The translations under genes were made by a program, and so were the position numbers. The notes under the pieces were generated by a model that saw only the letters and a list, made by a program, of their open reading frames with translations, searched no databases and was not told the origin of the DNA. A stretch of 64,000 nt of DNA, taken from Clostridium sp. CAG:288. GTDB lineage: Bacteria; Bacillota_I; Bacilli_A; RFN20; CAG-288. Below are positions 26,813 to 37,067 of this stretch, piece by piece (position 1 is the first letter of the stretch; each line of letters starts with the position of its first letter). Where the stretch lies: positions 85 to 64,084 of the forward strand of contig FR898169.1 in assembly GCA_000437395.1 (NCBI GenBank), read 5' to 3'.

Positions 26813-29800
26813 CTAGTTGTACTTTCTTGCACCTAAGGTGCATACAGCTGCTGGGATTGTTGCAAGTAAAGCAACAGCTGAAACTAATACTGCATAAGCA
26901 TATGCGTTATTATGAACTTTATTAACGTTATCAATATCTGTATTTAATCCACTTAAGTAAGCGTTATAAGATTCGACCATAGCGTTATATTTTGTCAAAT
27001 CAAGTAAGTCTTTATCGAGGATTGATAAGCTATTGATGCTGTTAGCTAACTCTTGTAAGCTACTAAGTTTATCAAGAGTGAATGTTCCATCTAATGCATC
27101 GATAGAAGCTTGAATATTTCTAATCTTTTCTGATGCGTTAGCGAGTTTAATAACTCTTAATGCTTCTTTTGCATTTAATAATGTTGATACTAATTGATCA
27201 GCTTCAGATTGAGTATAACCAACATCTGTCAAATTTTGTCTTAATGCACTATAAGCAGCATAAGCTTCGCTAATAGCTTTTTCATCATCTAATGTAACCT
27301 TAGTAGCATCTGTTGGAACGTTTGCCATTAAGTTAATGAATGAAACTGTTCTATTATCTTTTGCGATATATGTACTTCTTTGTGCATCGCTAACTTTACC
27401 AAAGAAAGCTTCGTAGATGATTGAATCATAGCCAACGACATCGTCGTTAGAAGGAAGAATCATCTTGATTGGTTCATGTTTACCAACTAAGTCAATGAAT
27501 TGAGCATAGTAAACTGTTAAACCAAACATATCTAAGTATTTCTTTAATAATTCATAACCTGGATCAGTTTCAGATAAACTATCGTTTTTGTTATGTGAAG
27601 ATTCAAGTTTTGGAGCATTGAATGATTTAAATTCAACTGATTCCAAACTTGTACAATTACGGAATGCAGATTGACCAATATACTCTAAGGAGTCTGGAAG
27701 GACTACTGATTTGAGATATGTATTTTCACTACCAGCAAATAATTCAATTCTAACTGTGCCTTCTTTGACAACGAGTTGTTCAGCTTTACACATTGGAGCG
27801 TAAGCTTGTAATTGAATATTGCCATTAGCAAGTTTGATGTATAAAGCATCATTTTCAACAAATGCATAATCGTTAATTGTTGCTGTACTGCTAGTGTTAT
27901 TTGCAACATAGAAGTGTTCGACACCAGATTCAATAAATGGCATCATACCAACTTCTTCAAGTGTTGGATAGAATGTGAATGATTTAAGTTCTGTCATCAT
28001 TGAGAAGGCAGCAGCACCAATTACTCTTAATTTTGGAGCATCAATTGCAGCAATCTTTGTTCCTTGGAAAGCGTAGGTGTCTGTTTCTTCAAGATTTGCT
28101 AAAGAAACAATGTTTGTTAAGTTAGTTGAAGCGAATGCGCCATAACCAACACTCTTAGCTGAACTTAAGTTCAAGTTAGTTAATACTGTACATGAAGTTA
28201 AAGCATAAGGGCCAAAGTGTTCGATTGAACCAGTATTAATTAATGTTAATTTAGAGCAACCAGCAAATGTGTATTCACTGATTGTATTAATTGTAGATGG
28301 TAATGTTACTTTAGCTAAAGAAACGTTAAATGCAAATGCATATGTTCCTAAAGTTGTAACACTACTTGGAATTGAGACTTCTGTAAGACCAGAGCCTAAG
28401 AAAGCACCTTTAGCAATTGTAACCAATGTTTGTGGTAAAGCAATAGTTGCGAATATTGGAGCGCCACCATCATCAGCGTATCTTGAGAAAGCACCTTCAC
28501 CGATTGTAACGACTGATGGAACTGCAACTGAAGCTAAGCTTGAACAATCTGCAAAAGCGTAATTACCAATGTATTTAACATTTTGTAAATCAGCAGTTGT
28601 TAAGGCTGTACAACCATAGAAAGCTTCATTTCCAATTGAGTCACCAATCTTACTCATGTCGAATGTTCTTAAAGCAGTATCGTTAGAGAAGCAAGCATCA
28701 CCAATGATGAGGTTGTCACCTAACATATTAACTGTTCTTAAGGAAGCACATCTTTGGAAAACACCCATGCCTAATTCAACATTACTATTAATATTGACAG
28801 TAGCAATTGATGATTTAAAGAACGCACCTTCACAGACATTAACATTTGAGCCGATTGTAGCTTCTGTTATGCCTGAAATAGCAAATGCATAATTGCCAAT
28901 AGCTGTTGCGTTAGCAAGATTATTGACAGTTGTTAAGGCTGAACAAGAGTGGAAAGCATAATTGCCAATTGTTGAACTTCCTGTTGGAAGTGTAACTGTT
29001 GTTAAGCCACTGATGTTTGCAAATGCATAATCGCCAATATCGATTGATGTTCCTTGGAATGTGACTGTTGTAATTGCATCGACACCCGAGAAAGCACCTT
29101 TAGCGATAGCTGTTATATTAGAGTCAATAACTAAGTCACCGTAGCTAGCTTTTGGAGCTGCTAAGATAATTGTTGAGCCATCTTTACTTGTTAATAAAGA
29201 GCCATCATTTTTGACTGTATATAACATGTTGTTAGAATCAACGATAAATCTACTAAGTTTTGTATCTTTAAATGTGTTACCACCAATGGATTCAATTTCA
29301 GTTTTTTCTTTAAATCCGATTGTATCTAATGATTCACACTTATAGAAGACATAGCTACCAAACTTAATCTTACTATTTGGTAAGTCTAATGTTTGAAGTA
29401 ATAAACAGTTATAGAATGCTTGGTCATAAATCCATTCAACTTCACCTTCAAAGACGAATGAAGTTAATTTTGTACAACCTGAGAAAGCACCTTCACCTAA
29501 AGAAATAAGATCGTTCTTAATAACTACGCTTGTTAAGTTAGCACAGTTAGCAAAGGCAAAGTCAGGAATTCTGTTCATACCTAATTCAATAGATGTTAAA
29601 CCAGAATTGACAAACATACCATAAGAGAGCTTTGTATTGTCATTAAAAATGACATTTGTTAATGAAGTTGTATCTTTGAAAACTTCTTTACCAGCGTTAC
29701 GTAATGAGCTTAAATCAACTGATGTTAAGCTTGATGCGCCTAAGAAAGCACTGACACCTACTGCATAAAGATTGGAAAGATCAATTGTTTCTAAGCTTGT

Positions 29801-32800
29801 ACAAGAAGCAAATGCTCTTTCACCAATAAGTGTGACTTTTTCAGTATTGATGGTTTCAAGTTTAGTGTTGCTATAGAATGCATATTCTCTAATTGTCTTA
29901 CAAGTTTCTGGAAGTGTAACACTTACGAGATTTGGACAGTTATAGAAAGCGTACTTTTGAATTTCTGTAACACCATCTGGGATGACTACGCTAGTGATCT
30001 TAGTGTTTCCACCTGGGATCTTATTTGCATCGTAATCTTCATCAGTGACAGGAATATTCATATCTGTTGTATAAAGTGAGAAAGCGTATGAACCAATGTA
30101 AAGAATACCTTCATCATCTGGAATAACGACATCGCCACCTAAACCTTTATAAGCAACAAGAGTTCTGTTTTCAATGACAAATGGATTTTTAATGTTTACA
30201 CGGAGTGTAGCCATAATGTTAGATAAACGGCCATCAACCTTGACTTGTAAGTAGATTGTTGTTGAACCTTCTTTTAAGCCTGTGATAGTACCATCATCAG
30301 TAACAGAAGCAACCGTTGGATCAGAAGAGGACCAAACAAGTTCAAGTCTATCTTCTGATAAGTACCAAGGAGTAATTCTTGGAGTTAATTTAATTTGTTC
30401 TGCTGGATAGAATGATAAAGAGTTTTTGTCTAAATACATTCTTGCACCTGTTGAACCTATTTCAGAAGTTTGAGCACTTCTATCAAATGAGAACAAGGTG
30501 TCAAAGTACATAAATTTAACATCTTCTAATTCAACTGTAGAATTATCGATTGGATCTTTAGCTTTATTAACTCTTGCTGAAGCGTTTGGTTTATCTTTAG
30601 CAAGAACAATTAATGTAGCTCTATTTCCTGTCATTTGTTCTTGGACAGTAACGATTACTCTACCTGCTTTATTAACTTTGAGCATACCTTCTTTGACTTC
30701 AGCAATACTTGTGTTGCTTGAAGACCAAACTAAGTGTTTTAAGTAATCTTTATCTGCATCGAGATTCTTATCTGTTGATGAGAGATATTGAACTAAGTCA
30801 ATTGTTTCACCAGCGTATGTTGTGAGTGATGGCATAGCTGTGCCGTCAGTTGTACCATCTTTTGTGAACTTGAATTCACCAGAGGTGCCTGGAAGTTCAA
30901 TAACGAAGATATTTGTATTCATAGCATAGTCATCAATTGCAAATGATATACCATGTTGAATAATTTGATCAGAGTAAAGTTGATCTAAGTAATCAGTAAT
31001 TTCAATTTTTACAGTAGTATCTGTACCTTTTTCACCATAAACTGGGATTGGGTGATCAGTTAATTGAGTGTAAGAAGTTGTAGAATTAAAGATAATTGGC
31101 GAAATAGATTGAACATAGTGATTATCGTAAACTGTTAAGTTAATGTAGTAACGATAGTCTTTTGTATTCTTATCATATTCCTTTTCAAATGTTGCATCCT
31201 TAACAATTGGAGCTTCATTATCGATGACAAATGGGAATTCAAATGAACGTCTTAAGTTATTGCTGACGCCACCATCACCATAGTCAAGTGTTCCTTCCAT
31301 CTTAAATACATAAGAAGTATTGTTGCTTAATCCTAATTGATATGGATGGAATTTTAAAGCTTCATAATAAGGAATTGGAGAACCGCCTTGTGAGAAAGAT
31401 TTATTTGCGTTGTAGTCTACATGTTCCCAAACAACTTCACCAGTTATCGAGTTAGTAATTGTAAACTTCATTTCTTTAGCGCCTCTAAGTAAACCAGCAT
31501 AAACAGCTGAAATACCATCGATTGCACCTAAAGTATCAGAAATAGCAATGTGATCTTCACTTGCAGCAATTGCAGAATACTTACTTTCATCCATGTCATA
31601 AATATATGAACCAAGTGGAATGATGTAGTTATAGTAATAAGAACCGTATGGAGTTGTTGTATAGTAATCTGACTTTGTCTTATCATCGTCTAAAATACTA
31701 TTATCATATTTATCTGCTTCAACTTCATAGAAAGTCTTATCGAACATTGGAGCTTGTGTCCAATCACCATAGAAAGCTAAGAATGGAATATTTAAGTTAA
31801 TTCCATCAGTAAGTGTTGATGTTAATTTGACATAACCTTCAACATACATACCGTTTTTGAATAATGTATCAATTGTTTCTTTATCAGCATCGCTTAAAGA
31901 GTATGTTACTTTTAATTTAGCTGTTTGGCCAGCACTGACTGTGACTTTATTGCCACTTAATGAGCCACCTGAAACTACTTCAACATTTGTTGAGCCATTT
32001 AAGATTTGTTCCATTTCAGCAACGTAATCTTTATCAGCTGTAGAAACACTTTCTGTCATACCAATGACAGATAAGTCATAGGTTAATTCTTTATTGGAGA
32101 TATTGACGACGTTGAAATTCATATTATAGACGCCAGTCTTATCTTTATCATCGCCCAATTCAAGTTTAGCTTTATCGATACCATCGACAGTTAAATATGC
32201 ACCTGTATTAACAGCGTTATATAAGCTTGCTAATCCAGCGCCTTGTTTACGTGGAGAATATGGATTACCAGCTTTGTCTAAAGCAATATTTGTTGTAGAC
32301 ATTAAGAGTTGGTTAACCATTGTACATGTTTGTTTAGCTGTATATTCTGGGTAATGTTCCTTAACATATTGTCTAATTAAAACAACAATACCACACATAT
32401 TTGGTGAAGCCATTGATGTACCAGAGAGTGAATCGTAGCCACCACCAGGGATTGATGAAAGAATATTACCACCATGAGCTGTAATTTCTGGCTTTAACTT
32501 TAAGTCAGGAGTTGGGCCCCATGATGAGAAGTCAGACATAAATGGACCAGCTAAGTTTTGTCTATTGAACGTTAATGTACCGCTCTTTTTAGAAGCTAAA
32601 ACTGTACCATCGTCTTTAGAAATTGAGACACATGGGAATTTTTCTTTACCCATGGACATAAGGATATCACCTGGAACATTGTTATAAATAATGATACCAA
32701 CAGCACCACTTGCTTTTGCAATTTTTGCTTTTTCTTCGAATGAGTTTGTACCTCTTCTAACTAAAGCAATCTTGCCTTTAACATCAAGGCCGCTGTAGTT

Positions 32801-34294
32801 AACTCTTGAACCAACACCTGGAATAGTTACATATTCAACTTTGTAATCACCTGTAGTTGGAACATTTAAGTTATCTAAGAAATTATATTCTTTACCAGCT
32901 AAGTTGTTGGATTGATTGAAGAAGAAGACATATTCATCGCTTGTTCCTTCGTTAGCGACAATATATTCAGATTTAGTACCACTAATTGAAGCAACTGATA
33001 ATGATGCAGTATATGTTGATGGTGAACCAACTGTAGCTGAATCAGGGTTTGTTGTTTTATTTGTGTTACCATTTTCAGAGCCATAACCCGAAGAATAGCT
33101 ATTTGAACCCGCTGTAACTAAGTTAATACCAGCAGCTTCAATCTTGTCATAAACATTGTTTGTAGCAACTTCATCGACTTCACGTGTAAAGCCGCAAGAT
33201 GAACCCAAAGACATGTTAATTGCATCAACACCGAGAAGCACAGAATCTTCAAGAGCAGATAAAATATCAGCTGTTTGTGCGCCTGAATTAAAGTCACTAA
33301 AGACCTTCATTAAAACTAATTGAGTGTGTGTAGCAACACCTGTAATCTTTTCATCGTGTCCAGCGATAATACCAGAAACGTGAGTACCATGTTCAGAGTC
33401 ATATGGATTTACATCTGTATCCTTATCTGCATAGTCATATGCAAATGGAATCTTTGTGCTAACCCAAACATCACTTGTCTTAAGATTTGCTGTTGTAGAA
33501 GCAGCGTTGGAACTGCTTAAGACACTGCTGATTGAATCAGGTGTAATTAAAGGATTAGATGGTTGTTCAGCAAAGACGCTGTGTGAGCAATCGAATCCAG
33601 AGTCGAGAACAGCTACTGCAGTATGTTCGCCGTTATACTCAACGTTTGATGAGTTAAAAATACCTGTTTCATAAACATCGACATCATTAGTAACAACTGA
33701 ACCAGCGTTTGTTGCACTTGTTGTGTCTCCATACGAAACTGTTTGAGGTAAATTGTAGGTGTCAGATAAGAAGGCACCAGAAACTCCTGTCATTTCACTT
33801 ATAGTTTTAAAGTTACCATAAGTAGTAGTAACAGAAATTGCATTGATAATTGTCTTATATGTGTGATTAACACTCTTGATAAGACCTTTTCCATTTAAGC
33901 GATCTATTAATCCCTTTTGAGCTGAACTTATTTTCTTTGATGTTGTAATACCGGCATTTGTTGTTGCATACGAAGCGACAGAGTCGTATTTTCCATCTGT
34001 AGAATCTAAGTAGTAATCGATCAAGGCACTATCATCTAATTGAACGATAATAGTAACTTCATCTGAATCGAGATAGCCGTCTTGTTTTTTAAGCAAATCA
34101 GCTTTCATCATACTTGCTCTACTTTCTTGATCTACTTGAGCATCAGAACGAAGAACGTTTAGCTTTTGACTTAGTTGATCATCATTTTTAGTACTTGAAG
34201 AGTTGTTATTTACTGCATCACAACCACTTACAAGGCCCATTGAAGCAACTAAAACAGAGATTAAAGCTTTCTTTTTTAAAGATTGCATATTCAC
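26813..34294 (-). CDS. Giant surface protein (2493 aa): lipoprotein signal, an S8 subtilase with a PA-domain insert (cell-envelope proteinase-like), Big_2 domains, a long BspA-type leucine-rich repeat array, a coiled-coil region and a C-terminal TM anchor
   Basis: Catalytic triad motifs VAVLDSGFD, HGTHVSGIIAG and GTSMASPNMCGIV. PA insert GKIALVRRGTNSFEEKAKIAKASGAVGIIIYNN. Big_2 region ~residues 1180-1230 (KDYLKHLVWSSSNTSIAEV...). Tens of LRR units of the form ..IGxxAFxxCTxLTSV.LP.. over ~residues 1330-2200. C-terminal YAVLVSAVALLATIPAAVCTLGARKYN. TAG stop. Confidence 0.85.
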   Translation of the reverse strand: MNMQSLKKKALISVLVASMGLVSGCDAVNNNSSSTKNDDQLSQKLNVLRSDAQVDQESRASMMKADLLKKQDGYLDSDEVTIIVQLDDSALIDYYLDSTDGKYDSVASYATTNAGITTSKKISSAQKGLIDRLNGKGLIKSVNHTYKTIINAISVTTTYGNFKTISEMTGVSGAFLSDTYNLPQTVSYGDTTSATNAGSVVTNDVDVYETGIFNSSNVEYNGEHTAVAVLDSGFDCSHSVFAEQPSNPLITPDSISSVLSSSNAASTTANLKTSDVWVSTKIPFAYDYADKDTDVNPYDSEHGTHVSGIIAGHDEKITGVATHTQLVLMKVFSDFNSGAQTADILSALEDSVLLGVDAINMSLGSSCGFTREVDEVATNNVYDKIEAAGINLVTAGSNSYSSGYGSENGNTNKTTNPDSATVGSPSTYTASLSVASISGTKSEYIVANEGTSDEYVFFFNQSNNLAGKEYNFLDNLNVPTTGDYKVEYVTIPGVGSRVNYSGLDVKGKIALVRRGTNSFEEKAKIAKASGAVGIIIYNNVPGDILMSMGKEKFPCVSISKDDGTVLASKKSGTLTFNRQNLAGPFMSDFSSWGPTPDLKLKPEITAHGGNILSSIPGGGYDSLSGTSMASPNMCGIVVLIRQYVKEHYPEYTAKQTCTMVNQLLMSTTNIALDKAGNPYSPRKQGAGLASLYNAVNTGAYLTVDGIDKAKLELGDDKDKTGVYNMNFNVVNISNKELTYDLSVIGMTESVSTADKDYVAEMEQILNGSTNVEVVSGGSLSGNKVTVSAGQTAKLKVTYSLSDADKETIDTLFKNGMYVEGYVKLTSTLTDGINLNIPFLAFYGDWTQAPMFDKTFYEVEADKYDNSILDDDKTKSDYYTTTPYGSYYYNYIIPLGSYIYDMDESKYSAIAASEDHIAISDTLGAIDGISAVYAGLLRGAKEMKFTITNSITGEVVWEHVDYNANKSFSQGGSPIPYYEALKFHPYQLGLSNNTSYVFKMEGTLDYGDGGVSNNLRRSFEFPFVIDNEAPIVKDATFEKEYDKNTKDYRYYINLTVYDNHYVQSISPIIFNSTTSYTQLTDHPIPVYGEKGTDTTVKIEITDYLDQLYSDQIIQHGISFAIDDYAMNTNIFVIELPGTSGEFKFTKDGTTDGTAMPSLTTYAGETIDLVQYLSSTDKNLDADKDYLKHLVWSSSNTSIAEVKEGMLKVNKAGRVIVTVQEQMTGNRATLIVLAKDKPNASARVNKAKDPIDNSTVELEDVKFMYFDTLFSFDRSAQTSEIGSTGARMYLDKNSLSFYPAEQIKLTPRITPWYLSEDRLELVWSSSDPTVASVTDDGTITGLKEGSTTIYLQVKVDGRLSNIMATLRVNIKNPFVIENRTLVAYKGLGGDVVIPDDEGILYIGSYAFSLYTTDMNIPVTDEDYDANKIPGGNTKITSVVIPDGVTEIQKYAFYNCPNLVSVTLPETCKTIREYAFYSNTKLETINTEKVTLIGERAFASCTSLETIDLSNLYAVGVSAFLGASSLTSVDLSSLRNAGKEVFKDTTSLTNVIFNDNTKLSYGMFVNSGLTSIELGMNRIPDFAFANCANLTSVVIKNDLISLGEGAFSGCTKLTSFVFEGEVEWIYDQAFYNCLLLQTLDLPNSKIKFGSYVFYKCESLDTIGFKEKTEIESIGGNTFKDTKLSRFIVDSNNMLYTVKNDGSLLTSKDGSTIILAAPKASYGDLVIDSNITAIAKGAFSGVDAITTVTFQGTSIDIGDYAFANISGLTTVTLPTGSSTIGNYAFHSCSALTTVNNLANATAIGNYAFAISGITEATIGSNVNVCEGAFFKSSIATVNINSNVELGMGVFQRCASLRTVNMLGDNLIIGDACFSNDTALRTFDMSKIGDSIGNEAFYGCTALTTADLQNVKYIGNYAFADCSSLASVAVPSVVTIGEGAFSRYADDGGAPIFATIALPQTLVTIAKGAFLGSGLTEVSIPSSVTTLGTYAFAFNVSLAKVTLPSTINTISEYTFAGCSKLTLINTGSIEHFGPYALTSCTVLTNLNLSSAKSVGYGAFASTNLTNIVSLANLEETDTYAFQGTKIAAIDAPKLRVIGAAAFSMMTELKSFTFYPTLEEVGMMPFIESGVEHFYVANNTSSTATINDYAFVENDALYIKLANGNIQLQAYAPMCKAEQLVVKEGTVRIELFAGSENTYLKSVVLPDSLEYIGQSAFRNCTSLESVEFKSFNAPKLESSHNKNDSLSETDPGYELLKKYLDMFGLTVYYAQFIDLVGKHEPIKMILPSNDDVVGYDSIIYEAFFGKVSDAQRSTYIAKDNRTVSFINLMANVPTDATKVTLDDEKAISEAYAAYSALRQNLTDVGYTQSEADQLVSTLLNAKEALRVIKLANASEKIRNIQASIDALDGTFTLDKLSSLQELANSINSLSILDKDLLDLTKYNAMVESYNAYLSGLNTDIDNVNKVHNNAYAYAVLVSAVALLATIPAAVCTLGARKYN

Positions 34295-34440
34295 TCCTTT
34301 CGAATTTTTTAAATGCTTTCGTACATTTACGTGTTAGCATATCAAAATTAACACTTAATAGCAATAAATTTGTATTAATTTTACATTAAACTTGCAGATG
34401 CTTTAATATGCCTTGAAATATATATTTTAATTTATATTTT

Positions 34441-35442
34441 TTGATATCTATGGTAAAATTATTTTGTATGGAAATTAAAGTAACTGAAATTGATGCCGGT
34501 CAAAGAATCGACAAGTGTTTAAGAAGAGCATTAGCCAATGCTCCTTTATCCTTTATATATAAGATGTTTAGGAAAAAAGATGTAAAAGTTAATGGCAAAA
34601 GAGTACAAATCGACTATATTTTACAAGATGGCGATTTAATCGATATTTACATAAAGCCAGACTTATTAGCTGAATTTGAAAGCAAATCTCCAATGAGACC
34701 TGTAAAGTTTGATATCGACATATTATATGAAGACGAAAACTTGTTAATAGTCGACAAACCTGCTGGCTTATTAGTTCATGGTGATGAAGGTGAAAAACGT
34801 ATGACTCTTCACAACAAAGTATTGAACTATTTAAACGCTAAAGGAGAATATGATCCTAACGATCCACTAGGTTTCACTCCTAGCCCAGCTCATAGATTAG
34901 ATAGAAACACTTCAGGTATAGTTATTTTTGGTAAAAACTTACCAACACTTCAACAATTGCTTGAACTTTTTAGAGATAAACAACATATTAGAAAAACTTA
35001 TATTGCACTTTTAGTTGGACAAACACCAGCAAGTGGTACGATTGATTTACCATTAGTTAAAGATAGCAATATCGGTCAAGTTAAAGTCGGTAGAATTGAA
35101 AAAGGCGCTAAGACTGCAATTACAAAATATAAAGCGATTAAAAAGTATCCTAACTACACTTTAGTAGAAGCTCAACTTATTACAGGAAGAACTCACCAAT
35201 TAAGAGCTCACTTCCAAGCTATACGCCATCCAATTGTTGGAGATGCCAAATATGGCGATTTTAAAGTAAATAAAGTATTCGAAGAAAAAATTGGATTTAA
35301 AAATCAATTTTTACACGCTCACACTTTTGAATTTTTAGATTTAGATGGAAGACTTGAGTACATGTCAAATAAAAAATTCGAAGCTCCTCTTCCAAAAGCA
35401 AAATTAAAAGTTTTGGAATATATTTCAACTAAAAAAATTTAA
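34441..35442 (+). CDS. rluD: RluA-family pseudouridine synthase (RluD-like) with an N-terminal S4 domain
   Basis: S4 region plus catalytic HRLDRNTSGIVIFGKN and RAHF motifs. The start may be at 34441 or 34468 (MEIKVTE). Confidence 0.8.
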   Translation: MISMVKLFCMEIKVTEIDAGQRIDKCLRRALANAPLSFIYKMFRKKDVKVNGKRVQIDYILQDGDLIDIYIKPDLLAEFESKSPMRPVKFDIDILYEDENLLIVDKPAGLLVHGDEGEKRMTLHNKVLNYLNAKGEYDPNDPLGFTPSPAHRLDRNTSGIVIFGKNLPTLQQLLELFRDKQHIRKTYIALLVGQTPASGTIDLPLVKDSNIGQVKVGRIEKGAKTAITKYKAIKKYPNYTLVEAQLITGRTHQLRAHFQAIRHPIVGDAKYGDFKVNKVFEEKIGFKNQFLHAHTFEFLDLDGRLEYMSNKKFEAPLPKAKLKVLEYISTKKI

Positions 35443-35475
35443 TTTCATCTATAATAAATGTGAAAGGGTGAAACT

Positions 35476-35994
35476 ATGTCGTTATCTATTTTATGGCTTA
35501 TTTCGATTATTGTATTTGCTGTCGTTGCATTACTACAATCACGTAATAGACTTTTTGTGTACAACATTGCTCTTTCTATATCCTTATTATTTATAAGTTC
35601 AATCTATATTCTAGACAAATATGTTTTAGGTTTAAAAATTGCTTCAGTCATCTCTAATATTTTCGATAATATGTTTATTGGAATATTTGCTAGTTATAAT
35701 TTAAGTACATTGGATTTAAAAATCATTGTATGGGCAACTTCAATGTTGTTATTTTTCTTAATCCTTTATATCTTCTTATTAGTTTTATTCAAATATTTAA
35801 TCATTGGTAAAAACCCTTTGTTGCCTAACAAGAAAAAAGACTATTTTATTAACTTTTTATCTTCTGCGTTATTTATAATATGTGGATTTGTCATTTCAAC
35901 TTTTTTCTTCACCTTCATAAAACCAATTACTAATTTAGAATATGGATTTATGAGTCCACTTTTCAAATATCTTTATGGAGGAGTAAAACTATGA
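35476..35994 (+). CDS. Polytopic membrane protein (172 aa, 4-5 TM), unknown function; first gene of a 3-gene overlapping operon
   Basis: RBS GAAAGGGTG is present, and the stop overlaps the next start (ATGA). No recognised domain. Confidence 0.5.
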   Translation: MSLSILWLISIIVFAVVALLQSRNRLFVYNIALSISLLFISSIYILDKYVLGLKIASVISNIFDNMFIGIFASYNLSTLDLKIIVWATSMLLFFLILYIFLLVLFKYLIIGKNPLLPNKKKDYFINFLSSALFIICGFVISTFFFTFIKPITNLEYGFMSPLFKYLYGGVKL

Positions 35995-37067
35995 ATAATA
36001 TAGACAAAGTTATACTCCTTGCTGAATACTATAATATCGATGTAACTAACTTTAAAGAATCATATCACTTAGCCACAAGCGAAGGTGAAACAATGAAAAA
36101 GCTTGAAGAAAATATTAACGAAGCTCAAAAGTATAATAATGCCAGAGTTCACAAACTTTTAGAGGAATACACTCAAGTAATAGATACAAAAGTCGAAACT
36201 TTTGAAGATGAATTAATATATAACGCAAAATTAAACTATCTTTGTAGTATTTCATACGAACAGTTTTATTTAAATCCTTTTGAAATCGGTGCAAACGAAA
36301 CAAAGACTAAATCAATTGGTGAACTAATTCTCAAATATGATGGAAGATATGTTTCTTTCAACGATATTATTTTAGATTCAACCCACTCATTTAGATATAA
36401 ATCACAAGCTATAAAAAAGCAAATAAATATTTATCATGAGGAAATGACAACACTTCTTGCAAAACCGATTAAACAAATTAAAAATTATAAAATCAAAAGT
36501 GAAAATATGGTAAAACACAGTAGAATAAGTTCATTTTTCTTTTCTTTATTTTTTGTGCTTTTTAATATATTCTTAGTTTTCTTACTAACGTTTAACGGGG
36601 AAACTTTTAAAAGTGCACAAGTTATAGATTTCAACAATTTATTTTCATACGCATATTATTTGCCATTTGTTTGTATAATTCTCTATGATTTTGCCTTTGT
36701 TATTTCTGATTGCTTAAAGAAAATAGACCAGGAAAATTACTACTTTGCTAAAAGATATTTAGAATTTGGAAAAAAACACGTATATAATTCGCTTTCAACT
36801 CAAGCGGCAAAACTAAACAACTATATTAAAGACGCGTGTAAAAATCATAAAATTTTAGAAAATGATATTAAGTTGTTTTCTAAAATTGGTGGTGATAAAT
36901 TAGATTTATATGGCCTTATGAACGCTAAACATATAAACGATAAAATGTACTATAGATTTGCTTTTGCAATTAGATATATCTCTTTTACTTTATCATTGCT
37001 AGCTTCTATTTTTTCGATCGTAATGTTCACTTTGAACCACTATGGTTTATTAGGTAATATATCATGA
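35991..37067 (+). CDS. Unknown 358-aa protein with an N-terminal ~175-aa soluble domain followed by about 4 TM helices
   Basis: ATGA overlaps at both ends. Hydrophobic segments are SSFFFSLFFVLFNIFLVFLLTF, YYLPFVCIILYDFAFVI and RYISFTLSLLASIFSIVMFTL. Confidence 0.5.
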   Translation: MNNIDKVILLAEYYNIDVTNFKESYHLATSEGETMKKLEENINEAQKYNNARVHKLLEEYTQVIDTKVETFEDELIYNAKLNYLCSISYEQFYLNPFEIGANETKTKSIGELILKYDGRYVSFNDIILDSTHSFRYKSQAIKKQINIYHEEMTTLLAKPIKQIKNYKIKSENMVKHSRISSFFFSLFFVLFNIFLVFLLTFNGETFKSAQVIDFNNLFSYAYYLPFVCIILYDFAFVISDCLKKIDQENYYFAKRYLEFGKKHVYNSLSTQAAKLNNYIKDACKNHKILENDIKLFSKIGGDKLDLYGLMNAKHINDKMYYRFAFAIRYISFTLSLLASIFSIVMFTLNHYGLLGNIS

